DNA of 64,000 nt from Bacteriovoracaceae bacterium (GTDB lineage Bacteria; Bdellovibrionota; Bacteriovoracia; Bacteriovoracales; Bacteriovoracaceae), in assembly GCA_947446575.1 (NCBI GenBank), contig CANFHC010000007.1, forward strand, positions 65,763-129,762, written 5' to 3'. The notes beneath the pieces are model-generated. The model was not told where the DNA came from and did no database searches. It saw only the letters and a program-made list of their open reading frames with translations. The translations under genes were made by a program, and so were the position numbers. Within the stretch, counting starts at the first letter, position 1. Each line of letters starts with the position of its first letter. Positions 37,009-47,286 of the stretch are shown piece by piece.

Positions 37009-37379
37009 GTGACGATTGGAAAAATAAATTAAGTGAAGATGAATATCGCGTATTGCGAATGTGCGGAACCGAAGCACCCTTTACAGGTGTTTATGATTCT
37101 TTTTATGAGCCTGGCACCTACGTTTGCGCAGCTTGCGGACAAGAACTCTTTAGCTCAACTACCAAATTTAACTCTCATAGTGGATGGCCATCATTCTACG
37201 ATGTATTAACTAAAGGAAATGTTCGTCTTATAGAAGATCATGCGCATGGAATGACTAGAACAGAAGTAAGATGTGATGCTTGCGACTCTCATCTTGGCCA
37301 CGTTTTTAGCGATGGACCTCCTCCGACCGGATTAAGATATTGTATTAACTCTATCGCCCTAAAGCATCATAAGCCTTAA
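37005..37379 (+). CDS. msrB: Peptide-methionine (R)-S-oxide reductase
   Basis: Two CxxC zinc motifs are present, and the active-site region reads ...RCDACDSHLGHVFSDGP... It overlaps hemJ by 4 bp. Confidence 0.85.
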   Translation: MSDDWKNKLSEDEYRVLRMCGTEAPFTGVYDSFYEPGTYVCAACGQELFSSTTKFNSHSGWPSFYDVLTKGNVRLIEDHAHGMTRTEVRCDACDSHLGHVFSDGPPPTGLRYCINSIALKHHKP

Positions 37380-37464
37380 ATTTTATTAAGCCTGTAAGCT
37401 TTATTTAAAACAATCGTTTTAAATATTTAAACACACGTGTTATTATATCAAACGATTGCGTTAA

Positions 37465-38157
37465 TTGAATTTTCGGCCCCAGAGGTACTTTATGGTTAAT
37501 AAAGAATCATTAAATAAATGTATTTTCGGTAAAAAGGATCTAAGTCCTGAGACAACCAAAGATTTAATCCTAGATGCTGCCCGAAAGTATTTTTGTGATA
37601 AAGGTTATGAAGGTGCTTCCATAAGAGATATCTGTGAGGAAGCTCACGCAAACGTTAGTGCGATTAAATATCACTTCGGTGGAAAAGAAGGACTTTATCG
37701 TGAGTGTTTTAAAATTTATGGTGAAAGTAGACTTCAATCAGCTTCAAAAATTTTAACTAAGGCCAATTCAGCCGAAGAACTAAAACTCAGACTTAAACTT
37801 TTTTGCGAAGATTTCATAAATGAAGGTCTCGCAAACATGCACACAACAAAGATGATCTGTCGTGAAATTGAAACAGAAAATCCATTAATAGATGATATTT
37901 TCCAAGAAACTTTTTTAAAAGTTTACTCTACTCTTTTGATCTTATTTGAAGATGCACAAAAAAATAATCTTATTCGAAAGGATGTAGATCCTTCAGTCTC
38001 TACATCAATTCTTTTTAACAGTCTTACTACGGCTCTTCGCTTTGACCATGTTGGGTCAAAATATTTTAACAAAACTTTACGCGATCCAATTTATGCAAAA
38101 ACTTTTATCAATAATATGTTGGCCATCCTATTTGATGGTTTAAAAATTCAGGAGTAA
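37465..38157 (+). CDS. TetR-family transcriptional regulator
   Basis: The N-terminal HTH reads ...ILDAARKYFCDKGYEGASIRDICEEAHANVSAIKYHF. Confidence 0.8.
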   Translation: MNFRPQRYFMVNKESLNKCIFGKKDLSPETTKDLILDAARKYFCDKGYEGASIRDICEEAHANVSAIKYHFGGKEGLYRECFKIYGESRLQSASKILTKANSAEELKLRLKLFCEDFINEGLANMHTTKMICREIETENPLIDDIFQETFLKVYSTLLILFEDAQKNNLIRKDVDPSVSTSILFNSLTTALRFDHVGSKYFNKTLRDPIYAKTFINNMLAILFDGLKIQE

Positions 38158-38161
38158 TCTT

Positions 38162-39589
38162 ATGAAACTTGCACCCTCCAGTGCACTTACGTTCCTATTG
38201 GTAGCAATACCATCTTTAAGTTTTGGGGCAACACTTAGCCTCGAAGATTTTTTGAAACAAGTCGAACAAAAAAATCAATCTATGACCGCCAGTAAATTAA
38301 TTATTGAAGGTGCTGATTTAAAAGCAAGCGAAAGCAAACTGCTTTTTAGGCCAAACGTTTTTGCTCAAGCCCAAACTGCTTCAGACAAAAAACCTACGAC
38401 TAACGTGAATGCTCAGGGCGATCGAACCGATTACACTTTTTTTACTGCGGGTTTAACTCAGCAATTTAACTTCGGTTTACAAGGAAAACTTGGTTATAAT
38501 TTTTCTCATACAAAAATTTATAATGCTCAACCTAACTTTCTTCCGGTAAGTGATTTTCATGATGGCGTAGCGACTTTGGAGCTTTCACAATCTTTGTGGA
38601 GAAATTTCTGGGGCAACGAATCTAGATCTCAACAATCAATTATTTCTGCTCAATCTCTTGCTTCTAAGCACACTGAAAATTATAAAATAAAAGCAACTTT
38701 AGCACAGGCTGAATCTTTATATTGGTCACTTTCTCAAATTAGAAAAGTAGTAATAGTACAAAAAGAAAGTTTAGAACGTGCTCAAAAAATTAGAAGCTGG
38801 AACCAAAACCGTTTGAAGAGCGGTCTGGCGGAAAGCTCTGATTTTTTACAATCAGATGCAAATTTTAAAGCTCGTGACTACGAATTAAAAAATTCACTTC
38901 AAGATTTAAAGAACCTTGAGCGTGCAGTAAATGCTCTTCGTGGTGTAGATAATGAAGTTTTTTCTGAAGATGTAGAATCGGTAAATTCAAATAAGATTAA
39001 AACACTCACCCTACCTTCTAAAGCTGAACTCAGAGATGATACAAAAGCAGCACTAGAACTTCAGAAAATTGCCAAAGCCACGGCTGCACTATCAATCGAA
39101 AAAAATAAGCCAACATTTGAGTTGTATGGAACTTATGCTCTCAACGGTCGAAATCCAGAAAGTAGTCAAGCTGTTACTAATTCATTTAAAACGGATCACG
39201 ACACAAAAGCGATCGGACTTCGGTTCGTAGCTCCTCTTGATTTTGATACTACTCACGACAACATCAATGGGTATAAAAATGATCAAATAGCAGCGGAACA
39301 AAACTACCAACGTAAACTTTTTGAGCAAGACCAGCAATGGAATGATTTAGTTTCTAAATTTGATGATGCTAAAATTAAACTATCACTTGTTGAAAAAATC
39401 GAAGAAGCTCAAAAAATAAAAGCAAGTAATGAAAGAGATCGTCTAAGCAAAGGTAGAACTGTAACTTTCCAAGTTCTAAATTTTGAACAAGATTATGCTC
39501 AGTCAGAATTAGCAAGAATTCAAAATGAAACAAATATTTTAAATATATATGCTCAACTTAAAATTTACAGTGCTGGAGGTAGCAAATGA
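38162..39589 (+). CDS. TolC-family outer-membrane efflux channel
   Basis: It has a signal peptide and the characteristic repeated TolC helical/β pattern (LSLEDFLKQVEQKNQ...). Confidence 0.75.
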   Translation: MKLAPSSALTFLLVAIPSLSFGATLSLEDFLKQVEQKNQSMTASKLIIEGADLKASESKLLFRPNVFAQAQTASDKKPTTNVNAQGDRTDYTFFTAGLTQQFNFGLQGKLGYNFSHTKIYNAQPNFLPVSDFHDGVATLELSQSLWRNFWGNESRSQQSIISAQSLASKHTENYKIKATLAQAESLYWSLSQIRKVVIVQKESLERAQKIRSWNQNRLKSGLAESSDFLQSDANFKARDYELKNSLQDLKNLERAVNALRGVDNEVFSEDVESVNSNKIKTLTLPSKAELRDDTKAALELQKIAKATAALSIEKNKPTFELYGTYALNGRNPESSQAVTNSFKTDHDTKAIGLRFVAPLDFDTTHDNINGYKNDQIAAEQNYQRKLFEQDQQWNDLVSKFDDAKIKLSLVEKIEEAQKIKASNERDRLSKGRTVTFQVLNFEQDYAQSELARIQNETNILNIYAQLKIYSAGGSK

Positions 39590-42500
39590 ATTTGGCCAGT
39601 CTATCAATAAAACGGCCAGTCTTCATCACCTGTGTAGTTACAGTCATTCTGGTGGTTGGATGGTTATCTCTTAAAAAATTACCAGTAGATTTATTCCCTA
39701 ACGTAACATTTCCGATCGTAACTGTTAGTACTGTTTATCCGGGAGCTGGTCCGGAAGAAGTTGAAACACTGGTTTCTAAAGTTTATGAAGAAGAACTCTC
39801 AAACGTACCAGGTCTTAAAAAACTCTCTTCAAACAACCTTGAGAATGTTTCAGTAATCATTGCTGAATTTAATCTTTCAACTGACATTAAGTACGCCGAA
39901 CAACAAGTTCGCGATAAAGTTTCAGCAGCTAGAAAAAAACTTCCTTCCGACATAGATGAGCCCGTCATTCGTAAAATCGACCCGGCAGATCAACCAATCG
40001 TAACAATTGCAGTACAATCAGACCTTCCAGACGGAGAGCTTTATCAAATCGTAGATAAAAAAATCAAACCACAATTTGAGCAAGTTAACCAAGTAGGTCT
40101 AGTTAACATTATCGGTGGTCGTAAACGTGAAATTAAAGTTGAGCTCGATAGAAATAAATTAAAGTCGCGCGAAATTTCTGCTTCTCAAGTAGCAAGCCGT
40201 TTAAAAATTTCTGGCCAAAATATTCCTGCCGGAAAAGTTTCAAGTTCAACAAAAGATTCTGTTTTCAGAACTCTTGGTGAATACAAGACTATTGATGAAA
40301 TTGAATCAACTATTGTAAACTTCATTGGAAATGATATTCCAGTAACTGTTAAAGATGTTGGTACAGTTAAAGATTCATTAGAAGAGCGCGTTGGTTACGG
40401 TTATTACAACGGTAAAAAAGCAATTCTTCTTTCAATCTATAAACAGTCTGGATCAAATACAATCGGTGTTGCAGAAGCTATCAAGGCTAAATCAATAAAG
40501 ATTAATAATTCACTAAAAGATGAAGGAAAAATTCAATTAGAAGTAGTTCGCGATGGTGCAAAACAAATTAAGGCCAACGTAGATGACGTTTATGAAACAA
40601 TTCTCTTCGGCGTTCTTCTGACAGTCATCGTTGTTTATTTCTTTTTGGGATCAGGACGCTCAACAGTTATTACAGCACTTGCTCTTCCCAATTCTCTTTT
40701 AGGTTCATTCATTCTTTTAGCTGCAGCTGGATTTACTGTTAACATAATGACCCTACTTGCACTCTCACTCGCAGTAGGTCTCTTGATTGACGATGCGATC
40801 GTTGTTCGTGAAAATATTTTTAGACATATAGAAATGGGCGCTGATCCCGTGAAGGCTGCGATCGAAGGAACAAACGAAGTAACTCTAGCAGTTGTTGCGA
40901 CAACTCTTACGGTTATTGCAGTTTTTGGGCCCATCGCATTTCTTGATGGTGTCGTAGGCCAGTTCTTTAAAGAATTTGGTCTCACTGTGTGTTTCGCACT
41001 CGCTATTTCCCTTTTTGATGCCCTTACTATGGCACCAATGCTTTCAGCTTATTTTGCTGGAAAAATTGAACACCATGAACCAGGTTACGTAAAAGTTAAA
41101 AAAGGTTTCTACGATCATACTCTGGGAGCTTTATTGGAAAAATTCAACCAATTCCAAAATTGGTTAGAAGATGTTTATGTTAGCGTTTTAAAATTTACAC
41201 TTAAACGTCCATTCATCGTTCTCATAAGTGCTGTTGTTATCTTCTTTGCAAGTTTTGCGGCTCTTAAAGTTGTACCAAAAACGTTCATTCCTCCTCAAGA
41301 TTCCGGCGAGTTCATGATCTCAGTTGACCTAAAACCGGGAACAAGTTTGGAAGGGATGAATACAGTCGCTACTGAAGTCGATCAAACAATTAGAAAGAAT
41401 AAAGAAGTATTAAATACAGTTCTTACTGTAGGAGATGCTAACGGTCAGCCTGAAAAGGCCAGCATCTTTGTTAATCTTGTTCCTGCAAAACAAAGGAAAG
41501 GAATAAACACTTCTGCATTTAAAGAAATCGTAAGAACTCAATTAAAGCCTTTTGCTTATGCTAACCCAGCCGTTAAAGATATCGATAACGTCGGTGGTGG
41601 CCAGCGTCCTTTCAACGTCAACATCGTTGGTGAAGACATGAAAGAAATCCAAAAATACGCAGGACTTTTATTTGAAAAAATTAAACACAATCCTGCTCTA
41701 AAAGATGTTGATACATCTGACCGTCCAGGTAAGCCTGAATTTCAAGTTGTACCAAATAGATCTAAAGCGGAAAAACTTGGAGTTTCTACTACTCTAATGG
41801 GAAGTGAACTTCGTACAATGATCGAAGGATCAAAGGCTGCAGTATTTAGAGAACAAGGTGAAGAGTATGATATTCGTGTTCGTTTACAAGAAGATCAACG
41901 TGATCTGAAAAAAGCATACGACTTTACTTATGTACCTAACATCAACAACTCGCTTATTAAACTTTCGAGTATGACAACTCCGTTTGAAACAGCAGGACCA
42001 GCAAACATCAATCGCCAGGATCGTGGTCGCTATATACAGATCTCTGCTGATATTGCTCCGAATGGACCAGGCATGGGTGGAGTCATTACAGATATCAATC
42101 GCATCATGAAAGAAGAGTTAAAACTTCCAAGCACAATGCGCTATCAATTCGTAGGTCAAGCAGAAAACTTTCAAGAGCTCATCGCCAACATGATCGTTGC
42201 AGCGGGCCTCGGTATTATGTTTATCTACTTTGTTCTCGCTTCATTATATGAATCTTTTGTAACTCCATTTACTATCATGCTCGTTCTTCCACTCGCGATG
42301 TGTGGAGCATTCTACGCACTTGCTATAACGGGAGCATCGCTGGATTTATTCTCAATGATTGGCTGTATTATGCTTTTAGGGGTTGCAACGAAAAACTCTA
42401 TCCTCCTTGTTGACTACGCTAACCAACAAGTACAATTAGGATTAAGTTTATCTGAAGCTATTATTGCTTCAGGTAAATCAAGACTTCGTCCAATTCTTAT

Positions 42501-42717
42501 GACGTCATTTGCTCTTATTGCTGGAATGATTCCACTAGCAATCGGGCTCAATGAAGCTTCTAAGCAAAGAACTTCAATGGGTATCGCTGTTATTGGTGGA
42601 TTAATATCTTCTACTCTTTTAACTCTTGTGGTTATTCCAGCTGCCTATACTTATATTGAAAGATTTAGAGTATGGGCCGGAAGTAATATGAAAAAACTTT
42701 TTATGACTCAAGAATAA
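39586..42717 (+). CDS. RND-family inner-membrane efflux transporter (AcrB/HAE1-like)
   Basis: The 1043 aa product has 12 transmembrane helices and two large periplasmic loops. It overlaps the TolC-like gene by 4 bp. Confidence 0.9.
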   Translation: MNLASLSIKRPVFITCVVTVILVVGWLSLKKLPVDLFPNVTFPIVTVSTVYPGAGPEEVETLVSKVYEEELSNVPGLKKLSSNNLENVSVIIAEFNLSTDIKYAEQQVRDKVSAARKKLPSDIDEPVIRKIDPADQPIVTIAVQSDLPDGELYQIVDKKIKPQFEQVNQVGLVNIIGGRKREIKVELDRNKLKSREISASQVASRLKISGQNIPAGKVSSSTKDSVFRTLGEYKTIDEIESTIVNFIGNDIPVTVKDVGTVKDSLEERVGYGYYNGKKAILLSIYKQSGSNTIGVAEAIKAKSIKINNSLKDEGKIQLEVVRDGAKQIKANVDDVYETILFGVLLTVIVVYFFLGSGRSTVITALALPNSLLGSFILLAAAGFTVNIMTLLALSLAVGLLIDDAIVVRENIFRHIEMGADPVKAAIEGTNEVTLAVVATTLTVIAVFGPIAFLDGVVGQFFKEFGLTVCFALAISLFDALTMAPMLSAYFAGKIEHHEPGYVKVKKGFYDHTLGALLEKFNQFQNWLEDVYVSVLKFTLKRPFIVLISAVVIFFASFAALKVVPKTFIPPQDSGEFMISVDLKPGTSLEGMNTVATEVDQTIRKNKEVLNTVLTVGDANGQPEKASIFVNLVPAKQRKGINTSAFKEIVRTQLKPFAYANPAVKDIDNVGGGQRPFNVNIVGEDMKEIQKYAGLLFEKIKHNPALKDVDTSDRPGKPEFQVVPNRSKAEKLGVSTTLMGSELRTMIEGSKAAVFREQGEEYDIRVRLQEDQRDLKKAYDFTYVPNINNSLIKLSSMTTPFETAGPANINRQDRGRYIQISADIAPNGPGMGGVITDINRIMKEELKLPSTMRYQFVGQAENFQELIANMIVAAGLGIMFIYFVLASLYESFVTPFTIMLVLPLAMCGAFYALAITGASLDLFSMIGCIMLLGVATKNSILLVDYANQQVQLGLSLSEAIIASGKSRLRPILMTSFALIAGMIPLAIGLNEASKQRTSMGIAVIGGLISSTLLTLVVIPAAYTYIERFRVWAGSNMKKLFMTQE

Positions 42718-42741
42718 AATATTTTTCAAAGGAGCCTTCTT

Positions 42742-43896
42742 TCATTGAGAAGGCTCCTTACTTTTCAAGTTTGTTAAAGCAGCGTTGAGCGTTTCATCTT
42801 TTTTAGCAAAACAAAAGCGAACCATTCGTGTCCCCTCATCAGATTTTATATAAAAAGCAGAAGTTGGGATCACCGCTACTTTTTTTTCACGAATAAGTTT
42901 TTGGCAAAATTCTATATCTGATTCACCATCTTTTAAAATGGCCATCGTAAAATATGTTCCCGCTGGTTTAATTACATTAAAGCCTACTTCTTTCAAACCA
43001 TTGACTAGAAGATCTCTTTTAGCACGGTATTGCCTCTTAAAATCTACTAAATATTCATCCATATTGGCTAAAGCTTCCGCCATGGCAACTTGTAGTGGGT
43101 GAGCTACGCAAAAAGTGGTGAACTGATGAACGTTGTGAATCGCTTTTATTATTTCACTCGGTCCACATGCCCATCCTACTTTCCATCCAGTTAATCCAAA
43201 AGTTTTTCCAGTAGAAGAAATCGTTATTGTACGTTTCCGTAAATTTTCAAAACAAGCAGTGGGGTTATGAGCTTGATCAAAAGTTAAAAACTCATAAACC
43301 TCGTCAGAAAGAATGTAGAAATCAAATTTTTCAGCAAGCTCTGAAATTTCTTTTATTTCTGCTGGAGAAAATATTTTCCCTGTTGGATTGTGAGGATTAT
43401 TCACAATGACCATTTTTGTCTTTACCGTTATGGCTGCTTTCAAATCAGACATTTTATAAGTGAACTCTGGAGCAAACAAAGTCACCGGTATGACTTTTGC
43501 TCCTGCCATTTTTAAGGATGCATAATATGAATCGTAAAAAGGTTCAAATACAACAACTTCGTCTCCTGGATTGATTAGGGCCATGGCCGCACAAAAGATA
43601 GCTTCTGTAGCACCATTAGTTACTACAATCTCACTAATAGGATCATAATCGAGGTTGTAAAAACGTTTATAGTTATTAGCAATAGCTGTTCTAAGAGGAA
43701 GAATACCAAGAGAGGGGGCGTATTGATTTTTCCCATCCGCCATTGCTTTTGCAGCCAAATCTCCCACCCACTTAGGGCCGTCGAAATCAGGAAACCCTTG
43801 AGAAAGGTTAATAGCTGAATTTTCAAGGGCCATTTTTGTCATGGTAGTAAAGATCGATTCTTTAAACTCACTGACGGTATGATTTAACGGCTTCAT
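42742..43896 (-). CDS. PLP-dependent aminotransferase, class I (methionine/kynurenine aminotransferase, YbdL-like); candidate final enzyme of methionine salvage
   Basis: ...INLSQGFPDFDGP... and an ...SSTGKTFGLTGWKVGW... PLP-Lys region are present. It lies divergently adjacent to mtnBDC. Confidence 0.75.
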   Translation of the reverse strand: MKPLNHTVSEFKESIFTTMTKMALENSAINLSQGFPDFDGPKWVGDLAAKAMADGKNQYAPSLGILPLRTAIANNYKRFYNLDYDPISEIVVTNGATEAIFCAAMALINPGDEVVVFEPFYDSYYASLKMAGAKVIPVTLFAPEFTYKMSDLKAAITVKTKMVIVNNPHNPTGKIFSPAEIKEISELAEKFDFYILSDEVYEFLTFDQAHNPTACFENLRKRTITISSTGKTFGLTGWKVGWACGPSEIIKAIHNVHQFTTFCVAHPLQVAMAEALANMDEYLVDFKRQYRAKRDLLVNGLKEVGFNVIKPAGTYFTMAILKDGESDIEFCQKLIREKKVAVIPTSAFYIKSDEGTRMVRFCFAKKDETLNAALTNLKSKEPSQ

Positions 43897-44009
43897 AAGG
43901 CAAATCCCTTAGGTTTAGTAGTCATTTTTTAGCATAATCTTAGTATTACTCATGGCCAAAAAAAGCAAGTTTTACTATAAAGAACTAGCCTTTAACCATA
44001 GGATAAAAA

Positions 44010-44657
44010 GTGTCATTCATCAATAGTGCTCAAGATTATGAAGAGATGAAAAAACTAGCGAGTCTAGTTCGCGTGATGAATAGTTTTGGGCATAATCCGG
44101 CCACTAGTGGTAACTATTCACTGCGCTCTAAAACGTCTCCAGAAATAGCTCTCGTCTCAGAATCCGGAATCGATAAAAGTAAATTTACTGAAGATAATTT
44201 CCTTCCGCTTTACTATAAAACAAGACAAATGCTTGATGATTATAAAAACTCAGGTCGTAAATCCTCTGATGAAACCGATATTCATTTAACTATTTATCAA
44301 ATTACAAATGCCAATTGTGTTCTCCACAGTCATATTCTCGATTCACTGTTATTTGCTGATCTTTTTTATGGAAAGCCTTATGCAACCATAGAAGGTTTAG
44401 AACTTTTAAAAGGTTTCAAAGGAATTAAAACTCACGAGTTAAAAATTAACATTCCTTGTTTTGAAAATACTCAAGACATAGCTCTTTTAGCAGAGCAAAT
44501 TAAACCGGCCATTTTAGCTCAAGAAAATAATTATGGACTGCTCTTAAGAGGCCATGGTGTTTATGTCTGGGGCGATAGTGTTGAAGAAGCTAAAAGACAC
44601 TTAGAAGTTTTTGAATACATATTTAAATATTACCTTAACTCTCGCAGAGGCTACTAA
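44010..44657 (+). CDS. mtnB: Methylthioribulose-1-phosphate dehydratase (class II aldolase fold)
   Basis: ...GHNPATSGNYSLRS... and the HSH metal ligands are present. It is the first gene of the mtnB-D-C cluster. Confidence 0.75.
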   Translation: MSFINSAQDYEEMKKLASLVRVMNSFGHNPATSGNYSLRSKTSPEIALVSESGIDKSKFTEDNFLPLYYKTRQMLDDYKNSGRKSSDETDIHLTIYQITNANCVLHSHILDSLLFADLFYGKPYATIEGLELLKGFKGIKTHELKINIPCFENTQDIALLAEQIKPAILAQENNYGLLLRGHGVYVWGDSVEEAKRHLEVFEYIFKYYLNSRRGY

Positions 44658-45178
44658 TGGCGACACTGTTTATTGCTCGTGAAAATGTAACTGTCACGGA
44701 TTTTAAATCCATTCAAAACTTACTAAAAGATCACGGAGTGATGATTGCAAAATGGGAAGCATCAAAGCCGCTAGCTAACGACGCCTCTCAAGACGAAATA
44801 CTTTCAGCCTATGCTCATGAGTTAAAACCATTTATGGAAAAAAATGGTTACGCCACGGCCGATGTTATCAATGTTCATCCCGAGACTCCAAATCTTTTGG
44901 CGATTAGAGAAAAATTTATGAAAGAGCACACTCACAGTGAAGATGAAATACGCTTCTTTGTGGATGGCCAGGGTAAATTTTGGTTTCACTTAGATAATGA
45001 AGAAATTCTTTGTGTCACTTGTGAGCGTGGGGACTTTATGTCGGTGCCTAAAAATGCTCGGCATTGGTTTGACCTTGCTCCTGGCTATTTTGTTAAGGCC
45101 ATTCGCATTTTTTCAAATATGGAAGGATGGGTTCCTAACTATACTGGTTCAGGTGTTGATGCGAGTTATAACCCATGA
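44657..45178 (+). CDS. mtnD: Acireductone dioxygenase (cupin)
   Basis: The ARD pattern HxH...E...H reads ...NVHPETPN...EHTHSEDEIRFFVDGQGKFWFH... Confidence 0.8.
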   Translation: MATLFIARENVTVTDFKSIQNLLKDHGVMIAKWEASKPLANDASQDEILSAYAHELKPFMEKNGYATADVINVHPETPNLLAIREKFMKEHTHSEDEIRFFVDGQGKFWFHLDNEEILCVTCERGDFMSVPKNARHWFDLAPGYFVKAIRIFSNMEGWVPNYTGSGVDASYNP

Positions 45179-45855
45179 AATATATTTTAATGGATGTAGA
45201 AGGAACAACTACTTCAATCAGTTTTGTCCACGAAGTTTTATTTCCCTATTCGATTGAAAAACTTCGCGACTATATCAATTCGCATTTTGACGACACTCCT
45301 GTGCAAGAAGCTTTACTAGAAACTTTCAACACTGCTTTCGAAGAAGAAAAACTTATCCTCAATCACAATGGCCTCATTGAAAAACTTCTTTCATGGGTTA
45401 GTATTGATAGAAAACATAGTGCTCTAAAAAAACTTCAAGGATTAATTTGGAGCGAAGGATATAAAGCAGGTGCTCTGAAAGGTCATGTTTATGAAGATGT
45501 GCCAGTTGCTTTAAAAAAATGGAAAGAAAGCGGACTGACTCTGGGAATTTATTCTTCTGGTTCTATTGAAGCTCAAAGAGTTTTATTTGGTTATTCAATT
45601 AGCGGCGATCTTAATAACTATTTTTCAAATAATTTTGATACAAGCGTTGGCCAAAAGAGAGTTGTGACTTCCTATCAAAATATTTTATCTGAATTAAAAA
45701 TTGAAGCAAACGACGTTCTTTTTCTTTCAGATATAGCTGAAGAACTAGATGCTGCTCAAGAAGTTGGGATGCAAACGTTACAACTAGTTCGATTAGGAGA
45801 TGTCCCATTTGCAGGGCACACGCAGGTAAAAAGTTTTAACGAAATTAATCCTTAA
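45175..45855 (+). CDS. mtnC: Enolase-phosphatase E1 (HAD superfamily)
   Basis: The N-terminal HAD motif ILMDVEGTTTSISFV is present, and the length is 226 aa. Confidence 0.8.
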   Translation: MKYILMDVEGTTTSISFVHEVLFPYSIEKLRDYINSHFDDTPVQEALLETFNTAFEEEKLILNHNGLIEKLLSWVSIDRKHSALKKLQGLIWSEGYKAGALKGHVYEDVPVALKKWKESGLTLGIYSSGSIEAQRVLFGYSISGDLNNYFSNNFDTSVGQKRVVTSYQNILSELKIEANDVLFLSDIAEELDAAQEVGMQTLQLVRLGDVPFAGHTQVKSFNEINP

Positions 45856-46847
45856 AATCTCCACCAGAAATCTAAATTGATTAAATAACCTTGTTTTCCT
45901 AATCGGAATTCCGAAAAATCATTGGATGAAACACCAAACATAGTATTGAAATTTTTCTCAATTAAATAGTATGCAACATTACCCCCGACTCGTTTTTTGT
46001 TAACGTCGAGTTTAGGACCGAAAATAAGTTGATTCCAATTCGAAAAAATATATCCATAAGAAAATTGAACTTCTAAGTTTAGATCGCGTTGATACTCTTC
46101 ACTGTTACTTAAAGATTGATCCTCAGGTTTTTTCGTAAATAATTTAAATTTTGCATAAGACTTAAAATTAGAATTAGAAGCCATGTCAAGATAACCCGTA
46201 AATTGATATGAGCCCTTTTTGGTTAACGGGTAATACTGAAACCCATTTTCAATAGAAAGCTCAAGGGTCTCGTTATCAACTAATTTATTTTTAGCAGACA
46301 AGTTAAGAACATTAAAAATTGAAGAGGCAAGATTCACATTCAATTGGGTATTAGAAGTCACACCGTAAGAAAGTATTGAAGGGCCAATGAGAAATTCATT
46401 CTTAAAAAGATTAGAAGCAGTCATTCCCTGAACAAGGCCAGCATAAACCAAGGGGCGGTATTTAGCTGCCGCTTTACTTTCATCTTTATAGGTAAGATCA
46501 TATCGAGCAGGTATGTCATTGTCAGGTTTAGTAAGGTCTAATTTTTTTAAGTAATTTTCTACCCTGATGATTCCATTTTTATTATGAGTTTCAACAGTGG
46601 CCATAAATAGGTCTGAGTTATCAGTGACAGATGAAACGCGAGCATAACCCAATACGTCCTTAGTTTCATGAGAATAAATTGCTAAAATATCACCGGGCAA
46701 TAGGATAATTAGTTTGTTTAGCCTTTGAATTTGTATTGAATTATCACTTACTAAGTCCGTAATTATGAATTCATGGTCATAAGCGAAACTATTGCCCATA
46801 AAAATAATAAAAAATGTTAATATAAAAAGTGCGCGTGCGAATTTCAT
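45852..46847 (-). CDS. Outer-membrane β-barrel protein, hypothetical
   Basis: It has a signal peptide, alternating amphipathic β-strand patterns and a C-terminal ...WWRF. Confidence 0.5.
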   Translation of the reverse strand: MKFARALFILTFFIIFMGNSFAYDHEFIITDLVSDNSIQIQRLNKLIILLPGDILAIYSHETKDVLGYARVSSVTDNSDLFMATVETHNKNGIIRVENYLKKLDLTKPDNDIPARYDLTYKDESKAAAKYRPLVYAGLVQGMTASNLFKNEFLIGPSILSYGVTSNTQLNVNLASSIFNVLNLSAKNKLVDNETLELSIENGFQYYPLTKKGSYQFTGYLDMASNSNFKSYAKFKLFTKKPEDQSLSNSEEYQRDLNLEVQFSYGYIFSNWNQLIFGPKLDVNKKRVGGNVAYYLIEKNFNTMFGVSSNDFSEFRLGKQGYLINLDFWWRF

Positions 46848-46893
46848 CGATTAAAATATCTCATATCAAAATCAATATTCAAAGGATATCCTA

Positions 46894-47286
46894 ATGAAAG
46901 TTGGCGACATTCACCAAGAAGAAATTCAAATTACTCCAGAACATATTAAAAAATTTGCAGAATTTTCCGGTGATTTCAATCCAGTTCATTTTGATGATTC
47001 AGCAGCAATTGCTCAAGGATTTAACAGTCGCATTGCTCATGGAATGATTTCAGCTTCATTTTTTTCAAAAATATTTGCTAATACTTTTCCTGGAGCGGGA
47101 ACAATTTATTTAAACCAGACCTTTAAATTTCATGCGCCCGTGTATGTTAATGAAGTTCTTAGTTATCGATTAGAAGTTATTGCAGAAAAAGAAGGCAAGC
47201 CGATTTTTACTGTAAAGACGGAAGCGTTTGGAAGCGACAAACAGCTTCGCATCAGTGGCGAAGCTGTTATCAGAGCAAAAAATTAG
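46894..47286 (+). CDS. MaoC-like (R)-specific enoyl-CoA hydratase/dehydratase
   Basis: It has a hot-dog fold and the motif ...FAEFSGDFNPVHFDD..A...G...RIAHGM... Confidence 0.8.
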   Translation: MKVGDIHQEEIQITPEHIKKFAEFSGDFNPVHFDDSAAIAQGFNSRIAHGMISASFFSKIFANTFPGAGTIYLNQTFKFHAPVYVNEVLSYRLEVIAEKEGKPIFTVKTEAFGSDKQLRISGEAVIRAKN

